Assembly: GCA_951406725.2 (NCBI GenBank) | Contig: OX597832.1 | Span: 49,538,001-49,602,000 of the forward strand | Reading direction: 5' to 3' | Length of the DNA: 64,000 nucleotides | Origin: Octopus vulgaris | Taxonomy: Eukaryota | In this document: positions 54,669 through 64,000 of the stretch, piece by piece | How the letters are laid out: every line of letters starts with the position of its first letter | Position numbering within the stretch: position 1 is the first letter of the stretch | Translations under genes and position numbers: made by a program | Notes under the pieces: model-generated | Databases searched by the model: none | Told to the model about the DNA's origin: nothing | What the model saw: the letters and a program-made list of their open reading frames with translations, nothing else

Positions 54669-54858
54669 ATGTAGATGTACTTCCCATTACGCTGTCCAAT
54701 CAGACATCCAATATGTGTCTATTTCTATGCGTATGTGTGTGTGCGTATATGTATCTACGTGTATGTGTATATATGCGTATATTTGTGTTAATTTAGCGAG
54801 CATGCTGTTCCGTTGATCGGATCAACAGGAACCCTCATCGTCGCAACCGACACAGTGC

Positions 54859-54919
<61 letters not shown>

Positions 54920-55835
54920 CGCACGCATGCGTGTGTGTGTCCTTTCAGTCCTCTTCTGCCACATATATAGATCCAATTCCAGAACTGTATCGTTATTGCA
55001 GGTCTACACACAACTGAGAGTAATTTAGTGATTAGCAGTCCATTTTTTCCCGGTGATTCTTTGTCTAAGTGGTTTTTTTGTTACCTTAGTATTTTCTGTT
55101 ATTTTTGTGGGAAGTAAAGATTCTTTTTCCCTCCAAGCTCTGAAATTTCAGCTCTACACCTGGATAAACAACTTCCAATTAAATACCAAATGTCAGCCAT
55201 AAATACGCTGTTAAGACGAACACATCATCTACATGTCAGAACGTTGTGTAACACAGAAGAGATAAAACACCTGACAAGTAATGATATCTTATACAGACAC
55301 GCGTTTTTATTTGTTTATGTATTACACCACATTACAAGGGATCTTATCAGCTTTGTAAATGTGATCATAGTTTTGCTATGGAGATTATTTTCGCTTAAAA
55401 TCTAAGTTAATTGCTATACAATACAGACCGATCGGAAATAGATTTTGAAGCTGGTGGACCTTACCGCCAGGGCAAAATTATTTTCGGAAGATATACTATT
55501 CGACGTTCGCGTAAATTCGCATACAGTGAATTAAAACCGTTGTTTAATATATTTTGCAGAACGCAAATGTATGTAATTATTTTTTAGGTAGTTTTTACCT
55601 TTTATTCTTATGTTTCAGCCATTGGAGTACGTCCATGCTGGGACACTACTTTGAAGTGTTTAATTGAACAAATCGATCCCAGTACGTATTTTTGGAAGTC
55701 TGGTACTTATTCTATTGGTCTTGTTTTTGTTCAGCTGCTAAATTACGGGGACGTAAACAAACCAACATCAGATGTCAAGCGGTAGACACAGACACACATA
55801 CATAAATACATACATTCATATGTATATGTATATAA

Positions 55836-55875
<40 letters not shown>

Positions 55876-56026
55876 TGCTGTGTGGTAAGAATCTTACTTC
55901 CCAACTATACGGTTCTGGGTTCAGTCCCACTGCGTGACACCTTGGACAAGAATCTTCTACTACAGCCTCAGGCCGACCAAAGCCTTGTGAATGGATTTGG
56001 TAGACAGAAACTAAAAGATGCCTGTC

Positions 56027-56098
<72 letters not shown>

Positions 56099-56270
56099 AC
56101 ATATATATATATGTATATATAATTGAGTAGTTGAATGAATTATCTTATTATGGATAATTCGGCTAACCGATACCTGGGTAGCAAATTCACGTTAGAAAAA
56201 CACGGTTGAAGCTACATGCCTAGGGCAGAGATCACGTGCTAACGTGTGGAAATTTGTGTGTTTTTTTAAA

Positions 56271-56660
56271 TACAAATAAATGAAAGAATGGAGTTGAACG
56301 ATGAATTAACAAAATTCCTTTATTTTCGACATATGTTTCGAAGGCTGCATATTCCTAATTTTGAAGGAATAAGGGGTGCATTATGCCGCCTTCTCATCAG
56401 GAAAAACAAGGAACTTATGTCAGCATCAAGATGCACAAAAACTTTTAGATGACCCCTCGCTATGGGCTCCGTGTGGGCAGTCATCTAAAAGTTTTTGTGC
56501 ATCTTGATGCTGACATAAGTTCCTTGTTTTTCCTAATGAGAAGGCGGCATAATGCACCCCTTATTCCTTCAAAATTAGGAATATGCAGCCTTCGAAACAT
56601 ATGTCGAAAATAAAGGAATTTTGTTAATTCGTCGTTCAACTCCATTCTTTCATTTATTTG

Positions 56661-56662
<2 letters not shown>
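56271..56662. repeat. Fold-back palindrome (183-bp arms, 26-nt spacer) ending in (TA)n
   Basis: 56271-56453 is the reverse complement of 56480-56662; I see two mismatches. Confidence 0.96.
56312..56416 (-). ncRNA. Type I hammerhead ribozyme (intact in the left arm; the right-arm copy has CTAATGA)
   Basis: Minus strand reads aagttcctt-gt-ttttc-CTGATGA-gaaggcggcata...tatgcagccttc-GAAAC-ATAT-GTC-gaaaa-ta-aaggaattt. It has an extended stem I with a 2x2 internal loop, a long stem II, palindromic stem III ACATATGT, and AATAAA just after the cleavage site. Confidence 0.9.
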
Positions 56663-56691
<29 letters not shown>

Positions 56692-59600
56692 ACATATATA
56701 TATATATGTATGTATATTTATGTGTTTGTTTATCCACTCACCATCGCTTGACAACTGATGTTGGTGTGTTTACACCTATGTTACTTAGTAGTTCGGCAAG
56801 GGATAGAATAAATACTAGGCTTACAAAGAATGCGTCCTGGGGTCAGTTTCTTCTAGCCAGGACTATCCCATCTTCGACTGGTATCACTCTCACCAGTTCT
56901 TGAGGGCCTGTGAATGCCATACACCGCTCCTTCCTCCAGATACAGCAAGAAAAAGAAAAAAAGAAAAGTCAACGGACATAGGCATGGTGGTGTGGTATAA
57001 AATCCCGCCGTGCAGTTGAAAAGGGAGTACCAGACTAGTGTTTATGCGGCCCTTTTTGCCCTCCTGTTGTCATATCTTGTTTTTCTGCTGAGTTAAAAGA
57101 TGGGCTGAAGTGCGACAGCTGAACATCGAGTGCGGCTACAGAGGCACTTGAAACATTTTATGTACCATTGTACACGTCACTGGGTTATAGATACTCGCGA
57201 GTAACAACTGTGGTCAGAATTACCATGAATTAAGAGGGGAACTTTATCAATCAGGAAAGCTGGGGTCAGCAGAGTTATGCTTTGCATCGTTCATTGGCAA
57301 AGGTCCGGCTGGACTATTCCCTCTCGTTTTAGACTGCTCGCTAGAGTCTCGAGACCTTTGAACACTAACCTACAAGACAAGAAACAAATACTCACGGTCT
57401 CCCGCTATGTTATCACTCAATATGTGCCAATGATAGGCAGTGAGCTTGCAGAAGCGTTAGTACGCCGGGCAAAATGCTTTATATTCTGAGATCAAATCCC
57501 GCCGAGGTCGACTTTACCTTTCATACTTTCGGGGTCGATAAAATAAGTTCCAGTTGAACACTGTGGTTGAGGTTATTGGCTTATACCCTGTCTGAAGTTG
57601 TTGGCTTTCGGCCAAAATTTGAAATTAATATATGCCAATAATGCCTTCTACTTTTGGCACAAGGTGAGGGGGTCCAGTCGATGGCTTTGTCTACTGTGTT
57701 TGAATGGTACTTTATTTTATCGAACCGAAAAAATGAAAAGAAAAGTTTAGTCTGGTGGGTTTTGAACTCGGAACGTTATGAATAGGAAGAAATGTCGCTA
57801 AACATTTTTGTCCGATGCGCTAACGATTCGGACAGCTCGCCGCCATTAATAATGTTACGTAGACGAGTTTAGAAATCTAATTCAAGAATTTTACAAAATT
57901 ATCAGATGCAACAACAGCGACCGGAAATGATATTTTACTAAAATGGCAGAATATTAAAACAGTATATTAGAAAAATAAAAGATTTGGTAACCTACTTCGT
58001 TATCAATAATTGATTTTGTTTTTCAGTAACCCCAAAGTCTATGGAACTAGTTATTTCCGTTGTCTGCAATTGTTATCGTCTAAACCACTCTAGATCAGCC
58101 ATGATTGAGAACACTTACTGCCAATGGCGCTCCAACCGTGACTATTCCGTCTGTTTCCCGACCACAGAGCACCAAGGGCTACATCCAATATGTTCTTCTC
58201 AAAGATGGTAGGGTGTAAGTTGCGGAAGATTTTACAGTTATTTCTAGCAGTCTCGATGCTCCCCGTGAATGGCTCGGTTGGTGTCTGTAGTAATACTTGG
58301 AGAGAAAACAATTCTCTCCTTTAATAGTATGCAAGTCAACTGCAGTTAACTCTACAAGTAGATTCGATACGTAATACTTCCCAATTATAGTTGACACTCA
58401 TTGCCTCCAACGAGATAAATTGGAGCAATATATAATCAAATGTTCTGTCCAGAGACAAACGAAACATTTGAAGTGAATTTGAAAGCGCCAACCATAAGAT
58501 ATTTAATTCACTACTATATCTAATCGGTTTTTCAAATTCAATATTACCGACAATGCTATGAACAAAATTTAACAAAAAACCAATAAAAGTCACATACAAA
58601 CGTATATATTTGCTCGTGGGACAAGCAGTAAGCATTTAAAAGTGTCGCATTTTGATGGAGATCGAACGGGTTTAAACACTCACTTTTTTTTTTTAATATA
58701 CTCAAAGGCAGAATAAATTACTGCTTCACTTGAACGGAAGTCGGTACTGCAGTATTTGTGTAGTGACTGTTTAAGTCATCCGAATAAAACAACCTAATTT
58801 CTTTTATTTATTTTTCGCTTTGTTTTGCTAATGCTTTGCTCGAAGGTCTCAGCAAGCATCGACGCATCGTAGTTTTATTATTAGCGTTCGCTAGCACTTT
58901 AAAAGGAAAAATATTCACTTTATGAAATTAAAATCCTTCAACTCGCCTCTCACAAACTATTGTTGACAGCTGTTGTCGGCATTGCCGATTCCTTCTTTGA
59001 ATCATGTGTACAATGGCCTGAATGAGCAGTAAGCTGTTAAATTTTTCTAGGCTTCTTTAGAAATAGGCATGCATATGCAACAATAAAAGACAATACCAGG
59101 AAGAACAATTTATTCAACTGAGTGTAATTTTTCGTTAATTGTACAAAAGGAAGCCAGTGGTTTTGAGGAATAGTAATACTGAAAGAATGACATTTTAATA
59201 CGGTCCGCAAAACATCGATTTTGCCATTCTAAATAAAATGATTGGCAGATCTAACAAAAAATGGTGAATCTTTGAGGAATTGTTTTAAGTTTAACAAAGA
59301 ACTTCACAAAGTACATTTGTTGTTGTTTTTCTTGTACAGCCCTAGGTCTGACCTGATCAAACAGACCAGTGATCAAAAACAATCCTGACATAACCACCAC
59401 CCCCTGTCCTTTTTGTATACTAGGAGCTACGTTATCTAATGTGATTTTCTCTTGTTAAGACTGTTGGATGTGATTTGAGGGAGAGTTTGGCAGCTATTTC
59501 TAGCTGGTCGAACGACTACATAGAGACCCACAGCCTTCCAACTGGTACTTAATTTATCGACCCCCGAAAGAATGAAAGGCAAAGTAATCTGTTTTAAATT

Positions 59601-59916
59601 TCTCAGTTATTAACCAAGAGAAAGTAAAGTTTATGTTTACGTTTTCCAGTTTCAGCTCTTGAGCTGTGGCCATGCTGGGGCACCGCCATTTGATGAAATG
59701 TATGAAAATGTATGAAAAGTATGAAAATATTTTTTGTAATAAGAAAAGAAATTTTGTTAATATCTGCAGATTCAGTTTTATTTTCGTATTTTTCTGTTCT
59801 TTTTTTTTTCTTTTTGAGAATTATCAACAAGAAATCTCATTCCACCACCCAAAACCATACGATTCAATTATTGGCAGGAGATACTCGCTCGGGGATTTGA
59901 TGCTATTGCAACATAT

Positions 59917-60615
59917 AGAAGAAGAAGAAGAAGAAGAAGAAGAAGAAGAAGAAGAAGAAGAAGAAGAAGAAGAAGAAGAAGGGAAGGAGGAGGAGAAGGA
60001 GAAGGAGGAGAAGAAGAAGAAGAAGAAGAAGGGGAGGAGGAAGAGAAGGAGAAGAAGAAGAAGAAGAAGAAGAAGAAGAAAGAAGAAGAAGAAGAAGAAG
60101 AAGAAGAAGAAGACGAAGAAGAAGAAGAAGAAGAAGAAGAAGAAGAAGAAGAAGAAGAAGAAGAAGAAGAGGAGGAGGAGGAGGAGAAGGAGGAGAAGAA
60201 GAAGAAGAAGAAGAAGAAGAAGAAGGGGAGGAGGAAGAGAAGGAGAAGGAGGAGGAGAAGAAGAAAAAGAAGAAGAAGAAGAAGAAGAAGAAGAAGAAGA
60301 AGAAGGGGGAGGAGGAAGAGAAGGAGAAGGAGGAGGAGAAGAAGAAAAAGAAGAAGAAGAAGAAGAAGAAGAAGAAGAAGGAGGAGGAGGAGGAGAAGGA
60401 GGAGAAGAAGAAGAAGAAGAAGAAGAAGAAGAAGAAGGAGGAGGAAGAAGAAGGAGAAGGAGGAGGAGAAGAAGAAAAAGAAGAAGAAAGAAGAAGAAGA
60501 AGAAGAAGGAAGAAGGAGAAGGAGGAGGAGAAGAAGAAGAAGAAGAAGAAGAAGAAGAAGAAGAAGAAGAAGGGGAGGAGGAAGAGAAGGAGAAGGAGGA
60601 GGAGAAGAAGAAGAC

Positions 60616-60647
<32 letters not shown>

Positions 60648-60708
60648 CGACGAAGAAGAAGAAGAAGAAGAAGAAGAACAACAACAACAACAACAACAAC
60701 AACAATAA

Positions 60709-60739
<31 letters not shown>

Positions 60740-60753
60740 AACAACAACAACAA
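59917..60753. repeat. Compound (AAG)n/(AGG)n/(AAC)n polypurine-rich tract
   Basis: Directly visible. It produces the spurious 296-375 aa ORFs. Confidence 0.97.
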
Positions 60754-61244
60754 CACAAGTACAGAGGATTTCGGGAAATTGTATCTTTTTTGATTTTCTT
60801 AAGATATAATTAGCTGAATAAAATTGATACGAATAATCAGGGTTTTTTTCTTTCTTTTTTTTTTGAAAGGGCTATTTCGTGACTTTTGGTTTAAAGAAGA
60901 ACAAGTCTTTTTTTTTTTCTTTTCTAAGTTCAATCTTTGACAAATCGAACACAGAATGCAATATTTTTCTTTCGCTCTTTTTTTTTTCTTCGCTTGTTTT
61001 TTTTTTTTTTTTTTACTTTCTTTCTTTGAATTCAAAAGTATTGCATGGGAAAGAAATTTCTGTGCAAGAGAATAGTATGATTCTTCGTTTATTTTATTTT
61101 ATTTTTTCACAATATTGTTACCTAAGGACCTATTACGACAGATTGTTCAACACTGCATCTGCACAGAAAAACATTAAAGAACGATTTTACGTATCATGCA
61201 ATGAAAATGTTGAAGAGTTCAAATTTCATTTTCTTACTACTGAA

Positions 61245-61920
61245 CTGGTAGAATCGTTAGCATGCCTGGCAAATTACTTAGCGGCATTTAGTCCGGCTTA
61301 ACGTTCTGAGTTCAAATTCTGCCAAAGTCGACTTCCCCTTTCATCTTTTCGGATGAAATAGTGGGCTAAATATAATCGACTGCTGTTCTAAAATTACTTG
61401 ATAAAATTCAAAAATTTGAAACTGTTAGTATCCTTTTCTAATCTAGGCACAAGGCTCGAAATTTTGGGGGAGGGGGGCCAGTAAATTATATCTACCCCAG
61501 TACGCAACTGGTACTTAATTTATCGGCCTCGAAAGGATGAAAGGCAAAGTCGACATCGACAGAATTTGAACTCAGGACGTAAAGACAGACAAAATACCGC
61601 TAAGTATTTCGCCTGGTGTGCTAACGTTTCTTATTTCTTTATTGCCCACAAGGGACTAAACATAGAGGGGACAAACAAGGATAGACAAAGGGATGGTAGG
61701 AGAAACACAGACACAAAGGGGCTAAACACAGAGGGGACAGACAAACGGATTAAGTCAATTACATCGAACCAGTGCGTAACTGGTACTTAATTTATCGACC
61801 CCGAAAGAATGAAAGGCAAAGTCGACCACGGCGGAATTTGAACTCAGAACGTAGTGGCAGACGAAATACTGCTAAGCATTTCATCCGGCGTGCTAACGTT
61901 TCTGCCAGCTTGCTGCCTTT
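61245..61920. mobile_element. SINE family B cluster
   Basis: One degenerate plus copy and two minus copies. Confidence 0.8.
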
Positions 61921-61925
61921 GAAAC

Positions 61926-61982
<57 letters not shown>

Positions 61983-63246
61983 ATATCCGCAGGACGAATA
62001 CCGCAGTTCTATGGCGTTATTAAAATACATCCACCATTGGTGGGATATAAAGATACATACATACATACATACATACATACATACACACACACATGCATAC
62101 ATACATACATACATACATACATACATACATACATACATACATACATACATACATACATACATACATACAAAGCGTGCTTGAAACAGCATTTCATTAAAAT
62201 AACATTAAGTATTACATTTATAATTAGTAAACAAACATTGACCGGCGCTGGTTGTAATATTTTGTCGCATATAAACATCTTTTATGAATCTTTGGGTGTT
62301 AAAAGAACTGAGTTCTCTCAGAATGTCGGGAGCATATTGTCAGACACCGTTGTTTCGGCCTGATTTGATCTCTGCAGTAACTAACAATACTACACATTGT
62401 GAGCTAGATCGAAATCTTTGTTCCGCAATAGAAGTCAACAAATAAGACAGTCTCCGATATCTGCTAAAGCTGACCAGGCTACAATCAGATCAATACATGG
62501 ACTTTGAGATTGTTTAACATTATAAAAAAAAAGACCAAATATATTTCAGTGGGAGTGGAATTTTTTTGAAAGATTTTTAAGCCTCGTGAAGAATGTAAAA
62601 ATGATTTACGCAACCAATTCACGTCATCAGAGCATAGAACGAAATTTACGAGTTACCAGACAAAATGGAAACTGACTGATCGGTTATGAGCAGCTTGGAT
62701 ATTTAACATTTATTGTGGTTAAAATTTAATCTTGAAAGACAAGTGGAAATAATTAAATCGTGTCGCAATAATGATTAGTACGATGAATTGTCTTAAAGAT
62801 AAAATAATTTTTATGTGTAAAAATTAAAAGTTATGGTCCATGACATTCGTTCATTTTGTCAGTCAGATTCTGCCAACTTGAAAGAAGTCTTTGATGTTTT
62901 CTCTTCTGAAGATTCTGGGTATTCTTTTTTTTTTTTTTTTTTTTTTAAAGTGAACACTTTGACACGCCATAGTGAGACACGATAACTACAGCTGACTGAA
63001 TCGATATGATGTCGACTTACGAACTGAAGGATCTGAAGTTCTCATTCCATCAGTCGTGATCTGCTAATTTTGTTTGATAACTACGGTGAACTGCAGTTCT
63101 ATGTTTGGTCGATCTGACTGCAGTAAATGTGCTCTGTAAAGAGTAAGCAACTATTGCATACACTCACACGATGGAAAGAGAGGAGGGATGGAATGAGGAA
63201 GAAAAGAGAGAGAGGGAGAGGGATAGATTGGTAGGGAGTATATACA

Positions 63247-63969
<723 letters not shown>

Positions 63970-64000
63970 ATATATATATAGAGAGAGAGAGGTGGGGCGA

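Noticed and set aside
59666-60793. Long ORFs (375 aa here; 363 aa at 11719-12810; 270 aa at 5632-6444)
   Set aside because: They are translations of trinucleotide microsatellites with no domain content.

Overview
Repeat-saturated, AT-rich eukaryotic non-coding DNA. The SINE families match those I recall from Octopus genomes, so a cephalopod source is inferred. No intact host gene is recognisable, and almost all ORFs in the track are microsatellite artefacts. The window holds dozens of copies of 3-4 tRNA-headed SINE families, two non-autonomous Helitrons, two hAT MITEs, a Tigger/pogo-like MITE, mariner and RTE-LINE fragments, and many simple repeats. The standout signal is a set of non-coding elements carrying type I hammerhead ribozymes (HHR) with a palindromic minimal stem III. 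At least four unrelated sequence families are involved: a 534-bp unit in about 6.9 identical tandem copies plus about 1.1 inverted copies (16160-20418, 8 HHRs), a 352/354-bp unit family (9907-10518, 45531-46171), and fold-back palindromes at 26141 and 56271. Truncated HHR halves occur at 23066 and 41420. Most sit in or next to (TA)n tracts. The inverted ones share a head-to-head, 3'-ends-outward geometry, which suggests Penelope-type retrozymes copied from circular or multimeric RNA into TA microsatellites.
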